DNA of 48,865 bases from Vitrella brassicaformis CCMP3155 (lineage: Eukaryota; Protista; Chromerida): positions 1-48,865 of the forward strand of contig CDMY01000573.1 of the NCBI GenBank assembly GCA_001179505.1. The letters run 5' to 3'. Under the pieces are notes generated by a model that was not told the DNA's origin, did no database searches, and saw only the letters and a program-made list of their open reading frames with translations. Of this stretch, positions 35,533 to 46,974 are shown piece after piece. Every line of letters starts with the position of its first letter. Position 1 is the stretch's first letter. A program made the position numbers and the translations under genes.

Positions 35533-37972
35533 ATGCCGCTCATCAAACTGAAGCCCTCATCCGCCGATACTCCAGACGCCATGAGTGCCGGATTTACCGC
35601 TGCGACCTCCCGCAACGCCGACGTTGCAGGCGGCGCACAGCCTGCTGTCAGCAGCAGCAACGCTACGGACGCATCAGAGGAGAAGATCAAGCTATCTAAT
35701 GGCTTCTGTGAGCCCAACAAGGTATCCATCGCCTGGGTCAACTACCGCGCCAAGATCATCAAGATCTCCCTCATCGTCGCCGCCCTCTGGCTGGCCGCAT
35801 ACGCATTCATGGAGGTCTTCAACGCTGTCTGGCAGAACGGGGGCAGTGGCACCACCACCACACACACACAAGGCGGCCAGGGCGGCGGCCCCTATCTGCA
35901 GGGGAAAGCGGGCAGAAAGAAGGTCAAATCGGTTGCTGCTCACGTCATGCTGCCCAGGATGATCAGGGCCAGCCACCAGGATGCCAACCGCACTCTGCCT
36001 GTCGATGCCATGATGTACGACAGTGAGGACTTTGAGGGCACGGCAGGCGTCGTCAAGAACTGGCTGGAGCGGTTTGCTGATCTCGACGTGCGGCTGCTGG
36101 ACTCACAGCTGGCACAGCAGACGCCCCCGGTGGTGTTCCCTCCCGCCTCATTGCTGGACCCGGAGACTCTGCTGGACTGGTATGAGCAGCGGGGGAGTGT
36201 GTTCATCTGGCTGATCAACGGCGACACCATGAACAAGTACGGGTCCTCCCATATCCTCTGCCACGAGACGGAGCGGCTCATCAGGGAGCTCAACACACAG
36301 ACCTTCGACTGGTCCAAGAGCCCCCAGGACCAGGGGCGCATCCGGCTGCACGCCAGCTGCTTGTCGTGCGACACGGCCTGCTTCCGCTCGGGGTCGAAGG
36401 GCACAATGGGCTTCCGGTTCCTGGCGGCCGTGCACGTCAATGGCTGGTATGACAGACAGACCGACAGACAGACAGACAGACGAACAGAGACACAGAGAGC
36501 AGGAATAAACACGGAAGGACTCTTTCTCTTGGTCCAGGTGCGATTGTCTAGACGAGGACGTGCTGTACTCGACCGCTCACGCCGTCCTGGTCAACGACGC
36601 CGCCAAAGGGCCGGTCATCGATGGGGTCGTGCCCACACTGGGCGTCCCAGTGGCTGTGTATCTGACCAGCAACCTATACATGTGGCAGAAGTGGCGGGAG
36701 GAGGCCGCCAAGCTGCCCGGCGACCCCCCCGATGTCTTTCTGCTGCCTGCTCCTCTGGCCGTCAAGAGGGAGAGCGTGTGGCGCCTGCAGGCACTCGCGA
36801 AGGTCACAATGACCGTCACATAGAAAGCATCAACACAAGGGAAGGTCCACCGCATAGTTTCCTTGTCTCAGGCAACCGATCTGGCCAATCCTGCCGACCG
36901 ACCCTTGACAGTCGGCTTTCACACGAGCTGCTGCAGCGAGAGCATCGGGTGCGGGAGAAAAGTCCTACACATAAATACCGTTTTTGTGGATTCTTCTTCT
37001 CTGCATTGCAGGTGTCCAGGGAAAGAGGATTCCCTCGGTTGCTGCTTCAAGCCTGGGTGCGAGAGCGTCCGGTCGTTCATCGACAAAGTCAAGACACATG
37101 TCAAGCGGCGATACACACCAGGTTGGCAAGGGAAAAGAGGACACACGGCACACAACGCAAAGGTCAGAGTGGTGTGTGGGTGGCTGATTGATTTGATGTC
37201 TGCAGATAAGGTGAGGGTGTTGGATTTGCCCAACGATGTGTGGAAGGACCGGGAGGAGAGATCCAAGGCGCTGCAGGAGGTCCGAGACACACCACAAATA
37301 AATCCACACAGACATCCATCTACACGTGTCTCTCCCTCCTTCTCCGTCTGTCTGTCTGTCTGTGTCAGAACGCGACAGCTTTGCTGACAAATGAGCTGTC
37401 TCGTTTTGACATCGGTGTGGTGTGGGCCCCCTCCAGCTCGCCCGACGCCACTCCCGTGTTGTCCAAGAAGGTCGACGAGACCACCCCCGACGAGCGGCGG
37501 CTCTTCACCTTCCCATCGTGGTTCGTCACACACCTCGCCATGGGCATTCCCACTATCGCACACCACGGGTGAGTGAGAGACGCAGAGAGTGGCGGACGTG
37601 CTTATGCAGTGTGTGTGGGGGTGTGGGGTGTTTCTGTAGGGTGGCCGGGGTGCATGATGTGACTCTGCGTTCAAAGATGAGGACGGTGGTGGACATGGAC
37701 GAGCAGGCCATCCGGCTGCTCGACAGGCTCATCCAGAGCCCAGCTTATCGTGCAGAGCTGACGGCAGAGGCAGTGGCACTCGCGCGCGAATACGACCCGG
37801 CCGCATACACATACCGGTCGGTACACACAGCTGAAGTGCGCATGCACGAAGAAGACCACATGTGTGTGTCATGTGTGTCAGGTGGCTGCCTGTGCTGAGA
37901 CGTCTGATCGACAAGACACTGGAGCTGAAGCGCAACATGGCTGCATCGGGGGGGCAGGGTGAGCAGCCTTGA
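35533..37972 (+). CDS. Type II membrane protein with a GT-B (GT4-like) glycosyltransferase C-terminal region
   Basis: Single TM (IIKISLIVAALWLAAYAF) and in-frame exons. The C-terminus HLAMGIPTIA...IRLLDRLIQSPAYRAELTAEAVALAREYDPAAYTYRW resembles the GT-B C-terminal helices. An alternative start lies at 35491. Confidence 0.6.
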
Positions 37973-38354
37973 TTGAGGCCGCGCAGTGGTTGGTGCTTCC
38001 CTTCCGCTAGGCAGTTAACTGACGGACACTCGTAGGCATTGATGCGTGGTATACACCGTCCCGCAGGTGCACAGGAGGCAGCAAAAACTTGACACGTGGA
38101 TGCAACTCATGCACTGCACGCCAGCATGCCATCCACAAACGCAGCAACCATACCGCACCAACACACCACACAAAAAGTCCTCCCGCTCCCGTGTTGTGTT
38201 GTGGCTGCCCATCGTGCAGTCCGCGCGCAGGGGTACTGCGCCGGAAGCACAGTAACAAGACACACCGGTCTGTCTTTAGGCAACAAATCCCCCACCCACC
38301 CCCCAAAGCACGTGCCATAACCAAACAAACAACATGGCCGACAGCCCAGCCCCC

Positions 38355-38426
38355 TCGCGCACGCAACACATCAGGCGGGCGGCTCCCTGCAGGATTCACC
38401 GCCCCCCGTCATTCGTCGCAGCACGA
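38355..38426 (-). promoter_or_regulatory. Type II SECIS element in the 3' UTR of the PUB gene
   Basis: Minus strand reads tcgtgctgcgac-ga-ATGAC-ggggggcggt-g-AA-tcct-gca-ggga-gccgcccgcc-TGAT-gt-gttgcgtgcgcga. It has helix I, the UGAN/NGAN quartet, a 10-bp helix II (9 paired), AA 11 nt from the quartet, and an apical mini-stem. Confidence 0.85.
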
Positions 38427-38587
38427 GTATGGAGGCCGTCCGTCGACCAGATGAGTAATGTGGCCCTTCCGTCGATTTGCCGCCGTGCGATTGACCGCGA
38501 CCGCCTGAGAAACCAAGCACCGCTGCATGTGAGAGCGCGAGTCATTGCGTGGTGTGTGTATGTCGTCCTACCAACGGAAGGTCCACT

Positions 38588-40448
38588 TTAGCGTCATCCG
38601 CCCCTAGGGGGAGGGGGCTTGGGCAAGTCCTGAACACACACGCACATATACACATGGCCACGAACGGGCAAAGCACACATGAGACATGTCGACACAGTGC
38701 CATCCATCTGCCAGTGTCCGTGCCTGTATGGTTTTGACCGCTCCAGCTCCCCCGCCCGGCCCTGGTTTCTTGCCACTCCCCCCACCCCCGCCACCTCCCC
38801 CGCCCGACGAGGAGCTGCCGCCGCCGAACAGCGTGTTGAAGAACTTGCTTATCCCCGACGAGCCAGAAGCGTTGCCGCTCTGCGGAGGGATGGAGGAGGG
38901 CTGCACACGGAGGGCACCGACATGGGGTGTTGTTGGTGTGTTGGGTGTGGCATGATGTGTTGTGTTGTGTTGTTGGTTACCGGCTGTTGGTATTGGGGTG
39001 CGTCATATCGGTTGGGATCGTTTTGGAAGTTGCTGAACCTGGCCCGCTGCTGCGCGCGAAGGGCACTCAACTCATCGTTGCTCTTCTGCAATGCACAGAG
39101 AGAGATGGAGGGCTTGCTGTCCCTGTGTCCCAGATCTGTCCCTCCCGCTCCCCCTATCTCACACACGCACCTTGATGGCCTCGGCAGTGTCGATCCGTTT
39201 CTTGAAGTCAAACGCCGTCTTGCCGCCCTTGCTGGGAGCACTACTGTCAGACTTGCTGAAGCCACCAAACACACGAACACAGGAGAGCACGTCTGCTGAG
39301 CTATACCCGTCATGTCCTGGTGTTGCCTGTCCCAGTCACCGACCCACCCCCACCCAGAGATGCTGTTGGAGCTCTCCGATCGCGGCCCGACGTTATCTGG
39401 TGGCGGCGCCAGCGTCCCAGAGGCCTTGGGGCTCATCGAGCCAGGGCTGGCCGGACCCTGCAGGCACATGCCAGACACACACAAAAGGGCGAATGGTCCG
39501 TCTGTGGTGTTGCCGGTCACACGTGTTGCCCAGCTCACTCACCTCAAACTGTTTGCGCTTCTCTGCCCGGATCTGCGCCATCTGCTCGTTGTGACTCTTC
39601 TGCAGAAAGACGGTGTGTGTGGTGGGAAAAGAAAGAGATGCATACGACGTGCCTGTGTGTACCATGTGTTGTGTGTTGTGTGTTGGTCATTGAGCCTTAC
39701 CAGCTCTGCCTGCGCCCGCAGTGTCTTCTGGGCAGGGACAATGTTCTGAAACTTGGGCCGCTCAACCGAAACCTGAACGAAGAACACGCCACACCACACA
39801 CACAACCGATGGATGAGGAGCCCTCACGCCAATGCCCGCCTGCCTTACCTGTGGCTGCTGCTGCGACTGCTGCTGTGGCTCATGGTTGAGGCTGACTAGG
39901 ATGCCCTCAAAAGTGTCGCAGAAGGGCTCCAGGGCAGACGCGGCCGCAGACATCGGGTACACGAACGTCTCGCCAACCTGTTCCATGCACACACAGTTGC
40001 TGAACAAACACACACGGCGGTGGGGGAGGCGTGTGTTTTTTTCGGACCTCGTTGAAGCCGCAATGCCTGATGACATCCTCAAACAGAATGCCCTCGGGCG
40101 CCCCGTCCAGAAACAGCTGTGTCAACGACAGAACACCCACGCACACACGCATCCCATCTCGCACCCTGCCGCCTGTTTCTGTCCATCCATCTCTCCTTCT
40201 GGCCTGCCTACTTTGGCCTTGATGGTGGCATTGGTCCGCTTGATAGTGCGATACTTGGCCTCTGAGGGGTTCGATACGATGCTGACGGACGGACAGAAAG
40301 ACAGTCAGAACCGAACAACATACGCCTTCAGCATCTTCTGTTGGTCGCCTTCTTACTTTCTGAGGAGCTTAAGAAGGAGTGCGTACGCCTCAGCCTTGAC
40401 GGCGTCCGGCAACTCCAAATGGGCGATGGTTTCCGTCAACTCCTCCAT
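38588..40448 (-). CDS. PUB-domain selenoprotein (about 330 aa, 11 exons) with a Gly-rich SelK-like tail ending PPPPRGG-U-R*
   Basis: PUB signature LLKLLRNIVSNPSEAKYRTIKRTN...HCGFNEVGETFVYP. All exons splice in frame. TGA at 38596-38594, CGC, then TAA at 38590-38588; SECIS about 170 nt downstream. Confidence 0.85.
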
Positions 40449-41689
40449 AGCCGACTGACCACGGCACTCACGTCTGAGTCAGCGAGAACCGGCGACAGAC
40501 GGACGATAACAACAACGGAAACAAACACGCCTCCCCTCCCCTCTCACCTTCCCTCCGAGCCCTTTCCCTTTGTCTCTCCGAGTGGATCGTCTTCGAGCTC
40601 GCAGACAAGCGGCGGAGTAGGGCGTGAAGCGCCCGCGCCAAGCGACAGCGAAAGGCATCACATCTTCTGACAGCCGCCGCCTCATGCTGACGACTCGCGC
40701 GAGAAATTGAAGCAGATCTGGGGCTTTGCAATTGTCTGTGAGGAGGCTGATATCATTCACACATGCGAGATGCGTTCTGCCATTGTGTTGTTGTGTGCCA
40801 GGTGTGCGTCAGCGAACGGCGGAGGCGGAGGAAGAAAACCTGCACACACACACGAAGTCTGTCAGCCATGCATTTCTCTTCTTCTCTCCATGTGTGTGGT
40901 GTTCACTGTTTAGGAGCGAGCCGTGGTGTCTTCGTTATTCATCGCTACCAGCAAGCCTGGTGTTGCTGTGTGGGTCACTGATGGGTGATGGTCGGCGGTG
41001 TGAGTGGAGGGACTCGGAGGCCTTTCAGCGCTCGGCGAGGATCTGTCTATCCCCTGACTGACTCGTGTACACAGAGTGGGAAGGACGGACGACGGCTGTC
41101 TGTGAGGGTGCGCACAGCTGACATTTCTAGCCACGGGTGGTCGTGAAGCCGGTGCATGGGGGGATGGATGGATGGATGGATGGACAGCTTCTTGTTGATA
41201 TGTGGGGGTGGAGACACTTCACGTTCATGTGTGTCATATTCAAGGATTCTCTTCACAAAACACCTTGACAAGCAGCAACCCTCTTAAAAGCAAAATCGGC
41301 CTGCCTGTCTTGCCTGTCTGCCTATTATCCACGCATCCGTCACATGCGACCATCATGAGCGGCCATCGCGAGTGGATGCGGTCCGCCACTCAGCTGAGCC
41401 ACGGCGATGTAGTGAAGGCCACGTGGGTGGTGGAGGACGTCTGCTGCCAACTGCCGGTCGGATGAAAGGGGCGGAGATGAATCAATGGGCATGGCGGTCG
41501 GCAGGGCAGTGTCGAATAAGCGGGGTGGGGCATGACGATAGGTGTGGCACATCGGCAGAAGAGCAGAAAAGGCCCACAGATATAAAATGTAGGCGGCGAT
41601 CTACACAAGGCAGAGGAGACATGAGATGTAGAAAGGTCATGAAAAGTCCTCTGGTCATACCTGAGTGTCGTATTGGCGCAGTGGCCGAA

Positions 41690-43180
41690 GGATCATTCCA
41701 GCATGCGGTCCTTCTCTGGCTTGGTCACACCCTTGAGCAGCCGGGCCAGACGCTGCGCCTTGTCCTGCATGCTGCTGTCGCTGTCGTGGCAGGCACCAGC
41801 AGCGCTCTTAAAAGCAACATCAGCCTGCCCGCCTATTCGAGCACACACGGCTCCCCCCTCGCTGAATCTGTGTCGGTCGGTCGGTCTCTCCCCCCCTCTC
41901 TGTACATCTCTTACTCTCCCACCGCTGCTCAATTAGAAAACACGCGATAGCACATGCATGGCACAGCTACCCCTTCCAGAAATCTCCCTCTACATGTGTG
42001 TGTTGGTGCCTGTCTTCTGTCTGTGTGTGTGCATAGTATGCGCATAGTGGGGTGGGGTGGGTGGGTGTGGCTGTGTATAGCTATGGAAGGCTGTGTGTGT
42101 TGCTGCCCCGGAGAACGAGGGGCGGCTGGCGGGCGCCAGGAGGACGAGGTCGAGTGGCAGCAGCAGCAGCAGCGGCAGCATAAGCAAAGGCCGCGGGTGC
42201 GGCACCTGAACACACCGACACACAGACACATACGCACACACAAGGTAACACACACACATGAATGGGTGTCTCTCTTACTTGGCAGCTCGTCGTTGTTTTC
42301 GTCATGTTGGCCGTCGACCTGGTGCGGCCGCGCCCCGCCCCTCCCGCCCTGGCGTCCTCGTCGTCATTGTAGTACCACTCGCCGTCATCCCCACCCTCGT
42401 CGGCCTCGTCGTCATCGGGCAGCGGGTTCTTCTGCTCTCACTTGCCCATGATGGCCTGCAGGTCGTCAGCCGAGAGGTCCCACCCGGGCGGGACGTGGCC
42501 GCCGTCGTCACTGACCCCGAAGAGTGCGGGCAGCAAGCCCAGACACTCCTCAGGGTCGGTGATGAGGTAGGACTCGGCCTGGACCTCCTCCGCACGAGGA
42601 GGGGCTGGAAGGCCAGGGAGAGAGAGAGGAGGGCCACCACGACCGTGAGAGAGCGGCAAGGCATCCTTGCTCGCGAGGGGTCGAGAGTGTGCGGGTAGCG
42701 CGCGCGGGAGTTTGCGGGTGCGGAGGCGTGCGGGGGAAGGGAACCTGAAATAACACCACACGACATCGCAACGCATATATGCAAAGAGAGGGCAGGATGG
42801 ATGTGTCTGACCTCATCCACGTCATCGAGGTAGGTGGCCTTGTTGACCTCGCTCCGCTCGACCGTCGCCCTTGCCCTCTCCAACCATTCCTCCCTATGGT
42901 CCTCCTCGGCAGCAGCAGCGCCCGTGTCGTCGCGGTCACCTCGATCAGAGCCCCGCAGCGCCTCCTCCTCCTCCTCCTGCTGATCCAGCTCGTGGATCTC
43001 GGCCGCTTGTGGTGTGTGCCAACCAGCCATCCATCCATCCATCCATCCACCAACCCACTGACTGACCAACACGTACTGTACCTGCGCCCGGTTTGCCCAT
43101 GAGTACCACCATCGTATCTTGAGTGTCTTCCTGTGTTGCTCGATGATGTCCAGCTCTGACGGACCAATGGACAACACATG
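41690..43180 (-). pseudogene. Family-B repeated gene, copy 1, multi-exon with in-frame stops; unknown function
   Basis: Exons AAEIHELDQ...KATYLDDVDE and EEVQAESYLITDPEECLGLLPALF...MGK*EQKNPLPDDDE recur at 43726-44520; in-frame TGA at about 42438 and about 41693. Confidence 0.45.
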
Positions 43181-43424
43181 CCGTCAGAAATGAGGATGGT
43201 TTGTCACTGGCGAAATCCCAACGACACTCCTCACCGGAAGAATGTCGAGATCGCTGAGAAAGAAAAGCGTTGTGCGATCTTGGAAGAATCCGTCAGATAT
43301 AAGATGTAGGCAGCAATCGAAAGTGTGTCTCCGTATCTAATTGGGGGAGACACACATGATCGTATCCACCCTTCCATCACTTTGGCTCGTGTATCATCAG
43401 ACGCTTACGTCGTACCCGAGCTGT

Positions 43425-43725
43425 NNNNNNNNNNNNNNNNNNNNNNNNNNNNNNNNNNNNNNNNNNNNNNNNNNNNNNNNNNNNNNNNNNNNNNNNNNNN
43501 NNNNNNNNNNNNNNNNNNNNNNNNNNNNNNNNNNNNNNNNNNNNNNNNNNNNNNNNNNNNNNNNNNNNNNNNNNNNNNNNNNNNNNNNNNNNNNNNNNNN
43601 NNNNNNNNNNNNNNNNNNNNNNNNNNNNNNNNNNNNNNNNNNNNNNNNNNNNNNNNNNNNNNNNNNNNNNNNNNNNNNNNNNNNNNNNNNNNNNNNNNNN
43701 NNNNNNNNNNNNNNNNNNNNNNNNA
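43425..43725. other. Assembly gap (N run)
   Basis: About 300 consecutive N. Confidence 1.
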
Positions 43726-44900
43726 AGGTAACACACACACATGAATGGGTGTCTCTCTTACTTGGCAGCTCGTCGTTGTTTTCGTCATGTTGGCCGTCGA
43801 CCTGGTGCGGCCGCGCCCCGCCCCTCCCGCCCTGGCGTCCTCGTCGTCATTGTAGTACCACTCGCCGTCATCCCCACCCTCGTCGGCCTCGTCGTCATCG
43901 GGCAGCGGGTTCTTCTGCTCTCACTTGCCCATGATGGCCTGCAGGTCGTCAGCCGAGAGGTCCCACCCGGGCGGGACGTGGCCGCTGTCATCACTGACAC
44001 CGAAGAGTGCGGGCAGCAAGCCCAGACACTCCTCAGGGTCGGTGATGAGGTAGGACTCGGCCTGGACCTCCTCCGCACGAGGAGGGGCTGGAAGGCCAGG
44101 GAGAGAGAGAGGAGGGCCACCACGACCGTGAGAGAGCGGCAAGGCATCCTTGCTCGCGAGGGGTCGAGAGTGTGCGGGTAGCGCGCGCGGGAGTTTGCGG
44201 GTGCGGAGGCGTGCGGGGGAAGGGAACCTGAAATAACACCACACGACATCGCAACGCATATATGCAAAGAGAGGGCAGGATGTATGTGTGTGACCTCAAG
44301 GGTTACGGGTGGCGCTCATCCACTTCATCGAGGTAGGTGGCCTTGTTGACCTCGCTCCGCTCGACCGTCGCCCTTGCCCTCTCCAACCATTCCTCCCTAT
44401 CGTCCTCCTCGGCAGCAGCAGCGTCCGTGTCGTCGCGGTCACCTCGATCAGAGCCCCGCAGCGCCTCCTCCCCATCCTGATCCAGCTCGTGGATCTCGGC
44501 CGCAGTGCCGAAGCGCTCAGGGATGAGAAGGGGCGCGCCGCTCTCCATCTCGATGTGCCATCTGCCGTCCTGCTGATAAAGGTTGACCCGACCGTCAACG
44601 ATACGAGGCTGACGGTCGGTCGCCCTGATGAGCTGGCAGATGGGCACCACGACGACATTGCACCAAATGATTGTGCACCACTTGAACCTGAGAAGCACAG
44701 GTAGCGAAGACGCCAAGCAATACGACACAAATGTATGCCACCATGGCTAGGATACGCCCACCCATTGGGCAGAGCTTGCATATGATGAAGATTATGTCGG
44801 TGATTACCCACGGCATGTTCCAGTGCTTGTTGATGCGGCACTGCCCATTGGTGAGGTCCAGGTAGCGGAGCACGCGCCGGATTTCGCTGTGCTGACACAC
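43726..44900 (-). pseudogene. Family-B copy 2; 43726-44270 is near-identical to 42243-42790
   Basis: Direct sequence identity, with additional upstream exons at about 44520-44900. Confidence 0.5.
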
Positions 44901-45339
44901 CACAGTGAAACGAAGAGATGCATACATCGCACTCGCATTCAATCACTGCCTCTCTGTCCTGCCACGGACGCATGCCTTACGTGTTGGTTCGTCTCGATGC
45001 GGGGTGCTGAAGTGGAGGAGGTAGCCGAACAGCTCCATGCAGCTAGCTGTCGAAGCCCTCGAACTCGATGCGGTGGACGTCGGCATCTCTTGAGGCGGCG
45101 GATGGCTACTTCCATCCACAGCTCCTCGTGGGGGTGCCGCTTGCGTGCCATTGTGGCGTCGATGGTTGTGGTCAGGGCAACGAGGGCTTTCTTTCACTCG
45201 CTCTGTGGCCTGACTAAACCAACACAGACAGACAGACAGACAGACAGAAGAAAAATGGCATATGCGAGTCTCAGCCAAGTTGTGAGTCGGCTTCGCTTGC
45301 TGTTTGTGTACTTCGAGTCGCCGTGCATATCCGCATCTG

Positions 45340-46047
45340 CCCAACGCCCTCAATGGGGCCCACAGGTGTAGAGCGTAGGCAGCGATCTGCACGAAGCAGG
45401 AGAGACATGACATACAAGGGGACCGTAAGGCATTCGGCAGTTATACTTGGGTGCCGCACTCACTGGCACAGTGGGTCGACGAGCAAGCATCCGTCAAATA
45501 TAAAATGCAGACAGCGATGCCTGAACCCAACCGAAGCGTTGTATGTCTCGCATTGCTGCTCGTCGTGAAGGCCTGCTCACCTGACGCTCCTGCTCTCGGT
45601 CGGCCTCTCTGTACATCTCTCACTCTCCCACCGCTGCTCATTTAGAGAACGCGCAATAGCACATGCATGGCACAGCTACCCCTCCCAGAAATCTCCCTCT
45701 ACGTGTGTTGGTCCTGTCCTGTCTTGTCCTCTGTCTGTGTGTGCGTGGGGTGGGGTGGGTGCGGGTGTGGCTCTGTATGGCTACGATCGGTTGAGAGGCT
45801 GGCGGGCGCTAGCAGCAGCACGAGCACGGGGTGCGGGTGGTGCGGCGCCTGAACACACATACAGACAGACAGACAGACAGACACACACACAAGGAAACAC
45901 ACACACATATATATCTCCCTCTATTCTGCATGTCCCTGCATGTGCACATGAATGGGTGTCTCTCTTACTTGGCAGCTCGTCGTTGCTTTGGTCGTCTTGG
46001 CCGTCGACCTGGTGCGGCCGCGCCCCGCCCCTCCCGCCCTGAAAGGC
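45340..46047 (-). repeat. Diverged third copy of the family-B 3' segment (matches about 41560-42350)
   Basis: Shares a ~100-bp block (cctctctgtacatctc...gaaatctccctctac, 45603-45702 versus 41893-41993) and the PHQVDGQ...DELP exon. Confidence 0.6.
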
Positions 46048-46049
46048 CT

Positions 46050-46349
46050 NNNNNNNNNNNNNNNNNNNNNNNNNNNNNNNNNNNNNNNNNNNNNNNNNNN
46101 NNNNNNNNNNNNNNNNNNNNNNNNNNNNNNNNNNNNNNNNNNNNNNNNNNNNNNNNNNNNNNNNNNNNNNNNNNNNNNNNNNNNNNNNNNNNNNNNNNNN
46201 NNNNNNNNNNNNNNNNNNNNNNNNNNNNNNNNNNNNNNNNNNNNNNNNNNNNNNNNNNNNNNNNNNNNNNNNNNNNNNNNNNNNNNNNNNNNNNNNNNNN
46301 NNNNNNNNNNNNNNNNNNNNNNNNNNNNNNNNNNNNNNNNNNNNNNNNN
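46050..46349. other. Assembly gap (N run)
   Basis: 300 consecutive N. Confidence 1.
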
Positions 46350-46784
46350 GTGTCCTGCACACAAGACAAAGAGGGAGGAGCGGATGAGATGAAGGCACGC
46401 TCATATTGCAGGGCGGTGGCTGCGTCCCGCGCCTACCGACGAAGAAGCGGCGAATGCGCTCCTTCTGATCCTTGCTCACGCCACTTGAGAAGATCGGGCC
46501 CAGCTGCTGTGCTATCTCCTCCTTGGAGGCGCCGCTGTTGAGGATGGTGCCGATTTCCTCCCATTTGTCGGCCTCCTTCTGCCCCTCCTTCCTACCCTTG
46601 TCGGCTGTAGACAGAACACGACAGAAAGCATCCATGCATCTTGGCAACTACCACCTGGCGGTGTTTCTGTCGTGTGCTCACCCTCTCTCCCCTTTTTGCC
46701 CGTCTTGCTCTTCTGCCGTTTGGATGTGTCCTTCTCGTCCGCAAACGGCCTGCCCGCGGGCCGGCGTCCTCCTCGCCCCGCCAT
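46350..46784 (-). CDS. Family-A copy a, exons 1-2, truncated by the gap
   Basis: MAGRGGRRPAG...KSKTGKKGRE followed by ADKGRKEGQKEADKWEEIG...; same introns as the other copies. Confidence 0.55.
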
Positions 46785-46974
46785 GCGTCAGGGGTCGATA
46801 AGCAAGGATCCGTCAAATATAAAATGCAGGCAACGATTCATCACGTGACGCCTGAGAGAAGACGAGACGTGACCAAGGGAGATATACCAACAGTTCTCTC
46901 AACGTATGTGTGTCTCTCTGCTTCCTGGCCTACCTTGAGCTAAAAGTATTTGCGCCAGCCGCTCTCCAGGTCCT

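Noticed and set aside
42438-42440. In-frame TGA (MGK*EQK), repeated at 43921, and another (MLE*SFG) at about 41693, as possible Sec codons
   Set aside because: I saw no SECIS-like hairpin downstream and the context is not redox-like. The repeat comes from a near-identical copy, so it is not independent conservation. Nonsense mutations or true stops are more likely.
43726-44270. Near-perfect duplication of 42243-42790 as a biological event
   Set aside because: It directly abuts an N-gap and could be uncollapsed haplotypes or scaffolding overlap; this cannot be decided from sequence.
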